A stretch of DNA of 64,000 nt. Source: Methyloversatilis discipulorum. GTDB lineage: Bacteria > Armatimonadota > Fimbriimonadia > Fimbriimonadales > Fimbriimonadaceae. The position numbers were made by a program, and so were the translations under genes. The notes beneath the pieces are model-generated. The model was not told the DNA's origin, ran no database searches, and saw only the letters and a list, made by a program, of their open reading frames with translations. The DNA is taken from contig CALRVI020000001.1 in NCBI GenBank assembly GCA_943371575.1, forward strand, positions 103,953-167,952, read 5' to 3'. This document shows, in pieces, positions 1-9,100 of the stretch (the stretch's first letter is position 1; every line of letters begins with the position of its first letter).

Positions 1-262
1 CGATCGGCACTTCCATCGTGGTGAGCGACATCGTGCTCACGGTTTGGATGATCGGAAAGCTCCAGGCTCGGCCGCCGAAGACTACTTTGTAGCCTTCGCG
101 GCCCCCTTGGTTCTTCCCCGAGGCACCCGAGATCACGAGCACCTGGTTCGGCGGAGCAATCCTGAGAAATGATTTGGCGATCCACGCAATCAGAACCAGG
201 AGGACAAGAAGCCCCCCGGCGCCAATCGCGGCGGACATTGCGTACTTGGTGAGATCTAGCAT
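1..262 (-). CDS. SPFH/band-7 flotillin-like protein, N-terminal part only (gene runs off the window start)
   Basis: Minus-strand translation from ATG at 262..260 reads MLDLTKYAMSAAIGAGGLLVLLVLIAWIAKSFLRIAPPNQVLVISGASGKNQGGREGYKVVFGGRAWSFPIIQTV. That is one N-terminal TM helix followed by the start of an SPFH fold, as in YqiK/FloT flotillins. It lies directly downstream of an NfeD-like gene, the classical pairing. Confidence 0.6.
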   Translation of the reverse strand, partial: MLDLTKYAMSAAIGAGGLLVLLVLIAWIAKSFLRIAPPNQVLVISGASGKNQGGREGYKVVFGGRAWSFPIIQTVSTMSLTTMEVPI

Positions 263-288
263 CTGAGTTTTCCCTTACAAAACGTTCC

Positions 289-864
289 TTACGAGTTCAA
301 ATAATCCGAAGCCTTGGCGACGACGGCCCGGTCTCCTTCCACCGTGACGACCACTATTTCGTCGCCTTTCGCGATGCTGGCTCCCTCCAGCGGAAGCGCG
401 AGCATGTCGATGAGGTCACCCTTCACGGAAACGCGAATCTTGCCCGGCTCTCCGTTGGTCGGCGGCACGACCATCGTGCCTGTGACACCGAGGAAATCCG
501 CTTCCTTCACGCTGGAGTCAGTGTCATCGCGACGCGCCCAGCGCATCAGATAAGCCGCGATGGTTCCGGCGAGCAGTCCGGTCGCGAGCGAGGCGAACAT
601 CCGAATCGGCTCCACCGTCACGTTGAAGAGGGTTGTGGCAAGGCCAAAAAGTCCGAATCCCCCAACAAAGTAGACCCAGAACCTCATGCTGAAGAACGGG
701 AGCCAGAAGTCCGAACTCGCGTGGGCGACATCGGTCAGGTCGTGACTGGTGTCGATATCGGTATTGGCATCAGCATCAAACGAATGATCGCCGAATCCGC
801 CAAGGGCTGAGAGCAAGATAAGCCCTCCCCCTAAGATTGCCGCCACGATGTAAAGCGTTAACAT
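289..864 (-). CDS. NfeD-family membrane protein (membrane N-terminus + C-terminal OB-fold)
   Basis: 191-aa ORF with several hydrophobic helices. The C-terminal segment GVTGTMVVPPTNGEPGKIRVSVKGDLIDMLALPLEGASIAKGDEIVVVTVEGDRAVV is typical of the NfeD C-terminal beta-barrel. Upstream partner of the flotillin gene. Confidence 0.7.
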   Translation of the reverse strand: MLTLYIVAAILGGGLILLSALGGFGDHSFDADANTDIDTSHDLTDVAHASSDFWLPFFSMRFWVYFVGGFGLFGLATTLFNVTVEPIRMFASLATGLLAGTIAAYLMRWARRDDTDSSVKEADFLGVTGTMVVPPTNGEPGKIRVSVKGDLIDMLALPLEGASIAKGDEIVVVTVEGDRAVVAKASDYLNS

Positions 865-1037
865 CGAATTCTCTTTCCTCCAAGACTACGTGAATCTTGG
901 CACGAGGTTGAGGTGACAGGTCGAAATTCTTGGGGAACCGGGAACCAGGCTCCTGACATTGTTCACAAAGTTCGAACCTTCCAGGGGGTTGCTCATTGGG
1001 ATCGCACACTTTCGTACCCTGAGACGACCCCCGCACT

Positions 1038-1076
1038 CGCCCTCTCCAAACTTCGTTTGAGCAGGGCCGGGAGGGA
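1038..1076 (+). repeat. Truncated/degenerate copy of the ~50-nt nested-hairpin repeat family
   Basis: cgccctctccaaacttcgtttgagcagggccgggaggga matches the 5' arm and loop of the full copies at 10860, 12508 and 21928; the 3' arm has decayed. About 50 nt upstream also aligns (diverged) with the reverse complement of 21817-21880. Confidence 0.7.
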
Positions 1077-1300
1077 CAGGCGTACCTCTTGCCTTTGAGT
1101 CTCATCCTCGGAAAGGGCGAGTTCAATAGCCGGCACCTGATTCGAACGGGGAGAATCCTCCTCTCTCACCGACGACGCCTCGCGCTCCGGCGAGTCCGAA
1201 CGTGAGGGAGCGGTTCCCCCAGACAGTTCTTCTTTCCCCGGGTCTCGCTCCTTGGGGAGAGCGCGGTTCGTCTTCCCCAGTGGTGGATACGATCCGGTTG

Positions 1301-2320
1301 ATGATTGAGGAGCGCGAGCGTGCGACCCTGAGCCCCCGCGCGATGCTTGCGGCGGAAAGCGCGGGTCGCCCTCGTCCCGAACCCCACGATCCGATCCGCA
1401 CCTGCTTCCAGCGCGATCGTGACCGGATTCTCCACAGCAAGGCCTTCCGTCGGCTGAAACACAAAACCCAGGTTTTCATCGCCCCGAGCGGGGACCACTA
1501 CCGCACGCGCCTCACGCATACGCTCGAGGTGTCCCAGATTGCTCGCACCGTTTCCCGAGCTCTGCGCCTCAACGAGGATCTGACGGAAGCCATCGCCCTT
1601 GGGCACGATGTGGGGCATACCCCGTTTGGTCATGCAGGCGAGCAAGCGTTGGATGCGGTGCTCCAAGAAAGCTTCGCCGGGGTCGAGGGGGTTCCGCAGG
1701 GGTTTCGACACTACGAGCACAGCCTCCGGATATTGGACGTGCTCGCGAATCTGAATCTCAGCGAGGAAGTCCGCGCGGGCATTGGCGGTCACAGCAAGGG
1801 GCGGAAAGATCTGAGTGCCCATGATGGCGAGCCGACATCCACGCTGGAGGCGGCGGTCGTACGCATCAGCGACCGGATCGCTTATCTCTGCCACGACCTC
1901 GACGATGCGCTGCGAAGCGGAGTGATTCATGGCGTCCCAGAGGAGTTCCAAGCCCTCGGGGACACGCAGGGACAACGAATCTCGGCGATGGTGATGGATG
2001 TGATCGCGCACAGTGAGGATCGGGACGCCATCGGGATTTCGAGTGAGATGATCGGCACGATGAACGCGCTGAAGGAGTGGCTTTTCGAGCACGTCTACCT
2101 GCGTGACCCTCACCCGATGGGTCAGGTCACCAAGGCCAAACATGTCGTGCGAGCACTGTTCCTACATTTCGCCGAACCAGGAAATTTGCCCGATGGGTTT
2201 GTCGGAGTTCAGGGTGCGGTGGACTATGTGGCCGGGATGACGGATCGATTTGCCATCCAGACTTACCAAAGGCTCTTCGTGCCCAGCGACTTCACTTCCG
2301 GGCTTGATCCGTTCGTGTGA
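1301..2320 (+). CDS. dgt: dGTP triphosphohydrolase-like HD-domain phosphohydrolase
   Basis: Contains FQRDRDRILHSKAFRRLKHKTQVF, YRTRLTHTLEVSQIAR and LGHDVGHTPFGHAGE, the Dgt-family HD motifs. The ORF is open from 1202; ATG at 1301 was chosen to avoid a low-complexity leader, so the start is uncertain. Confidence 0.85.
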   Translation: MIEERERATLSPRAMLAAESAGRPRPEPHDPIRTCFQRDRDRILHSKAFRRLKHKTQVFIAPSGDHYRTRLTHTLEVSQIARTVSRALRLNEDLTEAIALGHDVGHTPFGHAGEQALDAVLQESFAGVEGVPQGFRHYEHSLRILDVLANLNLSEEVRAGIGGHSKGRKDLSAHDGEPTSTLEAAVVRISDRIAYLCHDLDDALRSGVIHGVPEEFQALGDTQGQRISAMVMDVIAHSEDRDAIGISSEMIGTMNALKEWLFEHVYLRDPHPMGQVTKAKHVVRALFLHFAEPGNLPDGFVGVQGAVDYVAGMTDRFAIQTYQRLFVPSDFTSGLDPFV

Positions 2321-2345
2321 GAGAGCTGAGCTTCGCAACGAAGAA

Positions 2346-2374
2346 CCCCCGGCAGATGTATCTGCTGGGGGTTT
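2346..2374. terminator. Candidate bidirectional intrinsic terminator between convergent dgt and dehydrogenase genes
   Basis: cccccggcag-atgtat-ctgctggggg is a 10-bp stem with one G-T wobble. It is followed by ttt on the plus strand and preceded by aagaa (ttctt on the minus strand). Confidence 0.55.
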
Positions 2375-2392
2375 GGAGGTGAGACCTGAGAA

Positions 2393-3319
2393 TCAGCCTT
2401 GAACCAGGGCGAGGGTGGCCTTGAGGGCCTCGGCGCTCTTGTGGAGCAGTTCGCGCTCGGAATCGTTGACGGCGGGCTCGTAGATTTCCACGACGCCATG
2501 TCGGCCGACCACCGTCGGGAGCGAAAGCGAAATATCGGAGATCCCGAGCTTGCCGCTTTGCGCCGCCGACACGGGCAGAACCTTGTGGTTATTCAGGGCC
2601 ATCGCCTCGACCACTTCCTTGATCGACACGCCGACCGCTCGCCCGGCACCGCCCTTTTGGGCAATGACGGTTGCGCCCGACTTCTTGGTGGCCTCGAAGA
2701 TTTCGGCACCCTTTTCGTCGGTGTAACCCGGGATCGATCGCAGGCTCACGCCGTTGATCGCCGCGCTCGACCAGATGGGAACCATCGAATCGCCGTGCTC
2801 ACCCAGGATGAGAGCCTTAACATCGAACGCGCCGACGCCGAAGTGGTCAGCAAGCAGGCTGCGGAATCGAGCGGTGTCGAGAACCGTGCCCAGGCCGAGC
2901 ACTTGGCTCGCCGGAACGATGCCGGACTGAACGGTGAGATGGGTGAGAATATCCACCGGGTTGCTGACGACCAGGATAGTCGCTCCATCGTTCAGCTTGA
3001 CCTTCTTCAGCTCGTCGAGGATCCCGTTAAATAGACCGACGTTGCGGTTGATGAGATCCAGTCGGCTCTCATCCGGCTTGCGGCGCAGACCGGCGGTGAT
3101 GACCACACAGTCGCTGCCCGCGACCACGCCGTAGTCGCCGCTCGTGAACGTTTGGTTGTTCAGGAGGCTAGCGCCGTGGCGAAGATCAAGAGCCTCACCA
3201 GCGGCGAGGTCTTGGTTCACGTCGTTGAGGGCGATTTCCTTTACGATGCCGCCGAGTTGCAATGCGAATGCGGCATCGGAGCCCACGCGTCCGCCGCCAC
3301 CAATAATGCTGACCTTCAT
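2393..3319 (-). CDS. L-lactate/malate dehydrogenase family 2-hydroxyacid dehydrogenase
   Basis: MKVSIIGGGGRVGS Rossmann start, ITAGLRRKPDESRLDL substrate loop and ILGEHGDSMVP catalytic-His motif. GEHGDS is LDH-like, but Arg at the Q102/R102 specificity position is MDH-like, so substrate is left open. Start taken at the MKVSIIGGG Met (3319); the ORF is open to 3361. Confidence 0.85.
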   Translation of the reverse strand: MKVSIIGGGGRVGSDAAFALQLGGIVKEIALNDVNQDLAAGEALDLRHGASLLNNQTFTSGDYGVVAGSDCVVITAGLRRKPDESRLDLINRNVGLFNGILDELKKVKLNDGATILVVSNPVDILTHLTVQSGIVPASQVLGLGTVLDTARFRSLLADHFGVGAFDVKALILGEHGDSMVPIWSSAAINGVSLRSIPGYTDEKGAEIFEATKKSGATVIAQKGGAGRAVGVSIKEVVEAMALNNHKVLPVSAAQSGKLGISDISLSLPTVVGRHGVVEIYEPAVNDSERELLHKSAEALKATLALVQG

Positions 3320-3415
3320 GATCGTCCTATCCCTGCCACGGGGCAGGAGTGATGGCCTCATTATGGGCGTGGAAATCGCCGCGTCCCTGGGAATAGCGGT
3401 GCCGAAAAACTCGGG

Positions 3416-4333
3416 CTACTGAATGTCCCAGAGATACCGCTGGGAGTCGAGAATCAGACCTTGCCAATCTGATCGGACTTGGCAACCTTGGGTCAATCGC
3501 GCGATGGGAACACGAGCCATGCGTCCGTCCGCATAAACGGTCGTGATGTTGCTCTCAAACCAAGGATAGAGTCCGCCACCCGGCAGGCCACTTGCGGTGC
3601 CGCTGCCCCATTCGCGTCCACCGGTGAAAAACTGCTCGTTGGGAGTGCCCTCAAATCCGAAGGAATCGCGCGGCTTGTTCTCTCCGGCCGCGAATCGGCA
3701 CGGGGGAACAATGAGATAGTTCCCGCCACCGCTGGGTTTGCCGTCGTTGATCTCCCAGGCTGAATCTGCGAGCATCAGAGTCTCGGACGGAGTGGCGATT
3801 TGTCCGCCCTGGCGTGGGAAGCTTGTCCACCCCTTGCCTTGGTCGACCACGGGGGAAAGATAGGTGAAGTTGTAGCCCAGATTGCTCCGCTGAGACGCCT
3901 CGTAGTATCGCGTCACCGAATCGCCCCCGGTGAGATCGGGATCGAACGTGACGGCGGGGCGCGCCCGGGTCATATCGACGGGGCAGAGAAAGAGGTTGAA
4001 CTCCTCAACATACGGCAGCACGCCTTGAACCCACGTGCGATCCGTCTGAGGACTCGCATCCTGGGCAAACGACTGACGGGCGAGCATGTAGGTGTCGTCG
4101 TAGTCGGCTTGATAGAGGTTGATGCCCATGCCGACTTGCCGAGCCGATTCGGCCCACGCGACATGATGGGCCTCGCGCTTTGCTGCGGCAAACGTTGGCA
4201 CGAGCAGGGCCGCCAAGATTGCGATGATTGCAATCACGACGATCATTTCAACGAGTGTGAACCCGGATTTCGTCAAACGGATCGGCCTACCTCCACAGGA
4301 TTTGGTGAAGCCTGACCGCTCAGACTTCACCAT
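3416..4333 (-). CDS. Prepilin-type N-terminal cleavage/methylation domain protein (DUF1559-like pseudopilin)
   Basis: KSGFTLVEMIVVIAIIAILAALLVP is a class III signal (G|FTLxE + hydrophobic helix). The C-terminal NITTVYADGRMARV resembles the H-X9-DG tail of this family. Confidence 0.8.
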   Translation of the reverse strand: MVKSERSGFTKSCGGRPIRLTKSGFTLVEMIVVIAIIAILAALLVPTFAAAKREAHHVAWAESARQVGMGINLYQADYDDTYMLARQSFAQDASPQTDRTWVQGVLPYVEEFNLFLCPVDMTRARPAVTFDPDLTGGDSVTRYYEASQRSNLGYNFTYLSPVVDQGKGWTSFPRQGGQIATPSETLMLADSAWEINDGKPSGGGNYLIVPPCRFAAGENKPRDSFGFEGTPNEQFFTGGREWGSGTASGLPGGGLYPWFESNITTVYADGRMARVPIARLTQGCQVRSDWQGLILDSQRYLWDIQ

Positions 4334-4407
4334 TGATTATATCACGCCCCGGGAATCCGTGAGTTTCAGAAATTTCTGCTTCGGAAAGTAAATTTCTGCC
4401 GGGCCTT

Positions 4408-5193
4408 TCAAGCAATGACATCGGGCAGGGCGCCGGCACCCGCCTGGAACGCTAAGAACTCACCCACGTACTCGAACCCAAGCGATTCGTACCACCCACG
4501 AAGACTGCCGTGGCACTGGAGCACGAGGGGCTTGCCTTGTTGAGCGGCCATCGACATGGCGGCTCTCACCATCTGGCCTCCGTAGCCCAGTTTGCGCTTG
4601 TTTCGAGCGACACACAGATTGTAGAGCCCGATGGATTGCTCCGACTCCGACAACATCATCGAGGCGAGAGGCCGCATGTGGAGTTCGAAATTCAGCAAGT
4701 GGTGAGCAGAAGACGCCGTGGCATGAGCGACCAGCGATTTTGCCTTCGCGGGGGCGGAGGGGAAGAACTGCTCGGCCATGAACTTGGCAGCGATGATCCT
4801 GGTGTGGGCGGTTTCGCAAGGGACGAGCCCGCGCCATGGCTGACCCGGCAAGGACGTCGTGAGCTGGCTCAGAGTCTGACGAACGGTGTAGCCTTCGGCG
4901 ATCAAGGCGCTGATCAACCCCTCAGGGGCCCAATCTTCGGCGACATAGATCCAGAGACCGCAGGGGTGGCCGGCATCTTCGCGCAGATCGCGGAGAGTCT
5001 CCTCGACCGACACGGATCCATCGAACGCAGCGGCGAAATTCCCGAAACTGAGTCGGTGCGGCGAACGGGCAAGTCGATAGCCTCGTCGCTGAGAGATCGT
5101 CGTTCCGGGGAGCAGCCGGGCAAGCGAAAAGTACGTTTGCTCGACGTTGTCGAGCGCCGCCAGAACCGCGTCGCTCAAAACACCGTGCTCCAC
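4408..5193 (-). CDS. GNAT-family N-acetyltransferase
   Basis: The C-terminal LYNLCVARNKRKLGYGGQMVRAAMSMAAQQGKPLVLQCHGSLRGWYESLGFEYVG is a GNAT acetyl-CoA-binding core (R/Q-x-x-G-x-G/A). The ORF is open to 5337 but would overlap the upstream gene; GTG at 5193 is proposed and the start is uncertain. Confidence 0.6.
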   Translation of the reverse strand: MEHGVLSDAVLAALDNVEQTYFSLARLLPGTTISQRRGYRLARSPHRLSFGNFAAAFDGSVSVEETLRDLREDAGHPCGLWIYVAEDWAPEGLISALIAEGYTVRQTLSQLTTSLPGQPWRGLVPCETAHTRIIAAKFMAEQFFPSAPAKAKSLVAHATASSAHHLLNFELHMRPLASMMLSESEQSIGLYNLCVARNKRKLGYGGQMVRAAMSMAAQQGKPLVLQCHGSLRGWYESLGFEYVGEFLAFQAGAGALPDVIA

Positions 5194-6395
5194 ACCAAGG
5201 CTGGGTTCACTCTCTGCGGGGCCAAGGTGATCCCCATCGAGACGCCTCCTCCTAGCTGGAATCCGAAGTAGCCCCTCAGACCCCGTGGAGTCACGAATCC
5301 GGCAGCGAAGGCATCGCTTGTCTCGTTCAGACGCCACAGATCGAGACCCGCTCCGACCTGCAAACCCACCGTCGGTTCGAGGATCAGGGCGAATCGGATA
5401 GTCGGAGAATAGAACGACGAAGGCGCACTGAATTGCTGACCACGCAGCGTTGAGGTGAGGAAGTTCGCCACGGACTTAAGAAGCTGCTCGCGCACGAGAA
5501 ATCCGCCATAGTGACCGGTCTCCAGAGTGAGTTCTTGCGCGTTGCCGAGGGCGTCGCGGAGCCTCTGGCTCGACACCTTCGGAACCACGTTGTCGTGGCG
5601 CGCAGAGATCAAATAGCTCGGCCTCAGATCATCTTTGCGAAGGTAAGTGAGGGGCTCGACATCTCGAAGTTGCTCGCGCATGATCTCTTCGGTGAAGCCT
5701 TTCGCGCGAAGTTGTTCGCGCTGCAACCCCACTCGACTGGAGTTCCACATAATTGCCGCGAGGTCGGCCCCACCGAGCATAAATGCCCCGCACTTGAACC
5801 GCGGCTCAACGGCGAAGCCGAGCGACGACACGATTGCGCCCAGACTCGTTCCGGTGAGGCCAATCGCGTTCGGATCAAGCTCGGACTTCGTCCCGATGAA
5901 GTCCACCGCGCGGCGCAAATCCCAAACCGATTGAATCAAGGTCTTGCGGAGTTGGTCGGGATCGGCAACAATCGCCAACTCGCCACTCCTTGTGCCCTTC
6001 GGAGTGCGACTCAGGTGATACGGGAGCGGCATGAGGATCGAGGCGATCCCTTTGCGAGCGAGTTCCGTCGCCATCTCTTCCTCGAGCGCCTGATCGGTGG
6101 CACCCCAAAAGTGGAGAAGAATCACGACCGGGGCGCGTCCTACCCGTTGAGTGGGAACAAAACAGTCGAGCCGGACGGAATTGTTCTCTTCGTAGGGCGT
6201 CACCATCGCAGAGGGGAACGTAACCTGGTACTTTTCCCAGGACTCGGTTTCCCGCACCGACCGCCAGCGATCGAATTCGATGGCGGGAGGCGGAACCAAC
6301 ACCTCCGGCGTCTCTTGCGAGGCTGCCGCCCAGCCCGCAAGTCCGCAGAGAAGAAAGATGATAAACAGTTTGGCCGCTTGGATCACGTTGAGCAC
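5175..6395 (-). CDS. Secreted alpha/beta hydrolase (dienelactone hydrolase / S9-like)
   Basis: Signal peptide LNVIQAAKLFIIFLLCGLAGWAAASQ, nucleophile elbow GLTGTSLGA (GxSxG) and a HFWG oxyanion-type segment. The C-terminal ~90 aa are Gly/aromatic-rich and end in F. Confidence 0.65.
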   Translation of the reverse strand: MLNVIQAAKLFIIFLLCGLAGWAAASQETPEVLVPPPAIEFDRWRSVRETESWEKYQVTFPSAMVTPYEENNSVRLDCFVPTQRVGRAPVVILLHFWGATDQALEEEMATELARKGIASILMPLPYHLSRTPKGTRSGELAIVADPDQLRKTLIQSVWDLRRAVDFIGTKSELDPNAIGLTGTSLGAIVSSLGFAVEPRFKCGAFMLGGADLAAIMWNSSRVGLQREQLRAKGFTEEIMREQLRDVEPLTYLRKDDLRPSYLISARHDNVVPKVSSQRLRDALGNAQELTLETGHYGGFLVREQLLKSVANFLTSTLRGQQFSAPSSFYSPTIRFALILEPTVGLQVGAGLDLWRLNETSDAFAAGFVTPRGLRGYFGFQLGGGVSMGITLAPQRVNPALVWSTVF

Positions 6396-8352
6396 GGTGA
6401 CGCTTGGTCAACCAGTTGCAAGTTTAGACAACGCGGTGACTCTCGCGCTGGGTGTCGGGGGATTAAATGCACAAACCGCCCAACTTGACCCCAGTGTGAA
6501 GCGGTTTTACGAAGAAGGGCGGTACAAGAGCCCCTTCGTCACAACGTGCCAGGGCGATCCGTGGCGGATCCCCTTCCTGATGGAAGTGGCCCAGCAAGAG
6601 GTGATTCTCGCCGTGGATTCGCCTCACAAAATTGTCGCAATGGCGGGCCGGTTCACCGAAAATGGCTCCCGGCGCGACCTTCTCGGCAATCCTGCCCTGA
6701 GCGCAATCAACCGCTCCAAGGCTCCCGGTGCCCTGCTGCGAACCCTCATGCGCCTGCGACAGCGCGGGGTCATCACGGGCGAGCCGACGCCCCCGGAAGG
6801 AATCCCGAACCAGGTTCAATCGGCAGCCGCCACGGTGCTTGAATCGATGCTCGACAACGAGGCCCTGATTCGAGCCGCATGGGGTTCTGGCACGGATCTC
6901 ACTCGGCTGAAGAAACTCACGCAGGAGCGCGCCTGGGAGGGAGCGAATCCGGTGAGTTACCGCGAGTGGACGAACCTTGCAGATCGCGTCGACATGGCGT
7001 ATCTCATCGCAGCGGCGCAGGATCTAGCGGCGGCAATGCAAGAAGCCAGCACTCTCGCGGCCTCAGTCGATGCGAGCGCGAGCTACGAATGGCGCATCGC
7101 CACCCAGTGGGGCGACATCGTGCTGAGCGGGGGCAAGGAAAATCGGCACACCGGCGCGATTCTCCTCGCCATCGATACGGGCGGCAACGACACCTACGTC
7201 AACAATCCCACCCAGGGCAACGATTCGTCGTGGTTCAGCGCGGTGATTGATTCAGCTGGCGACGACAAGTATGTCAGCGACCTCGGCTACGTCGGAAAAC
7301 CGGTGCGCGAGGGTCAAACTCGTGCCGCTCAACGAGGAAAACAAGGCCCGGCCAGTGCGGCTTTTGGCATGACCTTTCTCTTCGATCTCGCGGGAAGAGA
7401 TCTCTATCGCTCCGCCGCCAACGGGCTCGGATCAGGCATGTTTGGCGTGGCGTATCTGCAAGATCGTAGCGGGGATGATATCTACGACGCCTATTCCGAC
7501 AGCATCGGATTTGGCATGTTCGGGCTGGGCATTCTCGAAGACGCAGAAGGCAACGACCGTTACTCAGGGTTCAACCAGGTTCAGGGCGTCGGGCTCCCGA
7601 ACGGAGTCGGCTGGCTGATCGACCGGGCCGGGGATGACCTTTACACCGCCGAGAACGCGGTCAAGGACTTCCCGAGCCCTCAAAGTGCCGAGCACAACGT
7701 CAGCATGGCGCAGGGCGCGGGCAACGGGGTTCGGCTTGACTATGTGAACGGTCGGAGCCTCGCCGGAGGAATCGGCCTGCTCCACGATCTGCGTGGGGAC
7801 GACACCTATTCATGTGGGGTCTTCGGTCAGGGAGTGGGCTACTGGATGGGCCTCGGGGCTCTCTGGGATGCTGATGGGAACGACAAGTACACGGGAACGT
7901 GGTACGTCCAAGGCTCGGCGGCTCACTTCGGGATTGGCTACCTGGTCGACGACAAAGGCAGCGACCGATACGACGCTCTCATCAACATGAGCCAGGGAGC
8001 GGGTCACGATTTCAGCATCGGACTCCTGTTGGAGCGCGCGGGGAATGACACCTACAATGGCGCCGGGCTCTCGCTCGGAGCCGGGAATTCCAACGGCATT
8101 GGCGGATTCTTCGATCTTGCCGGAGACGACAGCTACCTCACCAAAGGCCCGACGACCCTTGGCCGAGCCAACGAAGTCGCCCAAGGATCCTTGCGGATGG
8201 CGGCTCTGACCCTTGGGGTTTTCTTTGATGGTCACGGGCAAGATAGCTACCCCGCCAGCTTCTCCTACGCGAAAAACGGAGGGCGCGAAGGCACTCGTCA
8301 AGCCAATCGATCTGGAGGGCCAGGGGCCATCGGGGCTTTTGTGGATCAATAA
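6358..8352 (+). CDS. Repeat protein with about 12 copies of a ~26-aa D-x-x-G-[ND]-D-x-Y unit (possible Ca-binding beta-helix)
   Basis: Seen in translation: GGNDTY, AGDDKY, AGRDLY, SGDDIY, EGNDRY, AGDDLY, RGDDTY, DGNDKY, KGSDRY, AGNDTY, AGDDSY, HGQDSY. Each is followed by a G-x-G-rich stretch ending in L/F. Start uncertain: candidates at 6280, 6358 and 6397, and the first two overlap the divergent hydrolase start. Confidence 0.6.
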   Translation: MINSLAAWITLSTVTLGQPVASLDNAVTLALGVGGLNAQTAQLDPSVKRFYEEGRYKSPFVTTCQGDPWRIPFLMEVAQQEVILAVDSPHKIVAMAGRFTENGSRRDLLGNPALSAINRSKAPGALLRTLMRLRQRGVITGEPTPPEGIPNQVQSAAATVLESMLDNEALIRAAWGSGTDLTRLKKLTQERAWEGANPVSYREWTNLADRVDMAYLIAAAQDLAAAMQEASTLAASVDASASYEWRIATQWGDIVLSGGKENRHTGAILLAIDTGGNDTYVNNPTQGNDSSWFSAVIDSAGDDKYVSDLGYVGKPVREGQTRAAQRGKQGPASAAFGMTFLFDLAGRDLYRSAANGLGSGMFGVAYLQDRSGDDIYDAYSDSIGFGMFGLGILEDAEGNDRYSGFNQVQGVGLPNGVGWLIDRAGDDLYTAENAVKDFPSPQSAEHNVSMAQGAGNGVRLDYVNGRSLAGGIGLLHDLRGDDTYSCGVFGQGVGYWMGLGALWDADGNDKYTGTWYVQGSAAHFGIGYLVDDKGSDRYDALINMSQGAGHDFSIGLLLERAGNDTYNGAGLSLGAGNSNGIGGFFDLAGDDSYLTKGPTTLGRANEVAQGSLRMAALTLGVFFDGHGQDSYPASFSYAKNGGREGTRQANRSGGPGAIGAFVDQ

Positions 8353-8413
8353 GCGTCGCAAAGGTGTTGACGGTCTCAGGCCGTGAGTTTCCAGTAACAT
8401 AGCCCGTAGCCGT

Positions 8414-9100
8414 ATGATCCCGATTCGCGACAACCTCAAAACGCGCGAAATCCCCGTCCTTGTTTGGACGTTGATCGGGCTGAACGTGCTGATTTACGTG
8501 TGGGATCGGGGGGGCGGACTCTTCGGCCCGAACCTCGCGTTTGCCGACCTCGCCATGCGCCCGCGTCAGGTGCTGCTCGCCCTCTCGCCGAACGGCGATC
8601 CGGTAGAGATGGCGAAAACCTTCACCAGCATGTTCCTCCACGGGAGCCTGGCGCACATTGTCGGGAACGTCCTTTTCCTCGCCGCCTTCGGGCCGAGCGT
8701 GGAGTCGGCGTTTCGAGGCGGACGGTTCGCGCTCTACTATCTCTTCTGGGGCGTCTGCGCGGCGGCGGCACACATCTATGTGAACCCAGGAAGCGACACC
8801 CCGACCGTCGGAGCCTCCGGTGCCATTGGAGGAGTTCTGGGCGCTTACTTCCTGCTCTTCCCAGGGAGCCAGATCCGCGTGGTGATCCCGCCGTTCATCT
8901 TCCTGCCCTTCACGGTGACAAGTTGGGTGCTGCTCGGCATGTGGTTTGCGTGGCAGATCATCTTCCCGCAGCCCGGCGTCGCCAATTGGGCCCACGCGGG
9001 GGGATTCCTTGCGGGCATGATCACCGTGCTTGTTCTGGGTGGGCGCGAGAAGGTCTTGCACGGCAGCAAGATCGAGGAGGACACAGATTTTGAAGATTGA
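8414..9100 (+). CDS. Rhomboid-family intramembrane serine protease
   Basis: FLHGSLAHIVGNVLFL (H-x4-H-x3-N) and GASGAIGGVLGAYF (GxSG catalytic Ser), plus a downstream His in a TM helix (AHAGGFLAG). Confidence 0.85.
   Translation: MIPIRDNLKTREIPVLVWTLIGLNVLIYVWDRGGGLFGPNLAFADLAMRPRQVLLALSPNGDPVEMAKTFTSMFLHGSLAHIVGNVLFLAAFGPSVESAFRGGRFALYYLFWGVCAAAAHIYVNPGSDTPTVGASGAIGGVLGAYFLLFPGSQIRVVIPPFIFLPFTVTSWVLLGMWFAWQIIFPQPGVANWAHAGGFLAGMITVLVLGGREKVLHGSKIEEDTDFED

Noticed and set aside
2393-3319. Naming the dehydrogenase specifically ldh or mdh.
   Set aside because: The motifs conflict: a GEHGDS LDH-type catalytic loop, but Arg at the Q/R102 specificity position. It is left as a family-level call.
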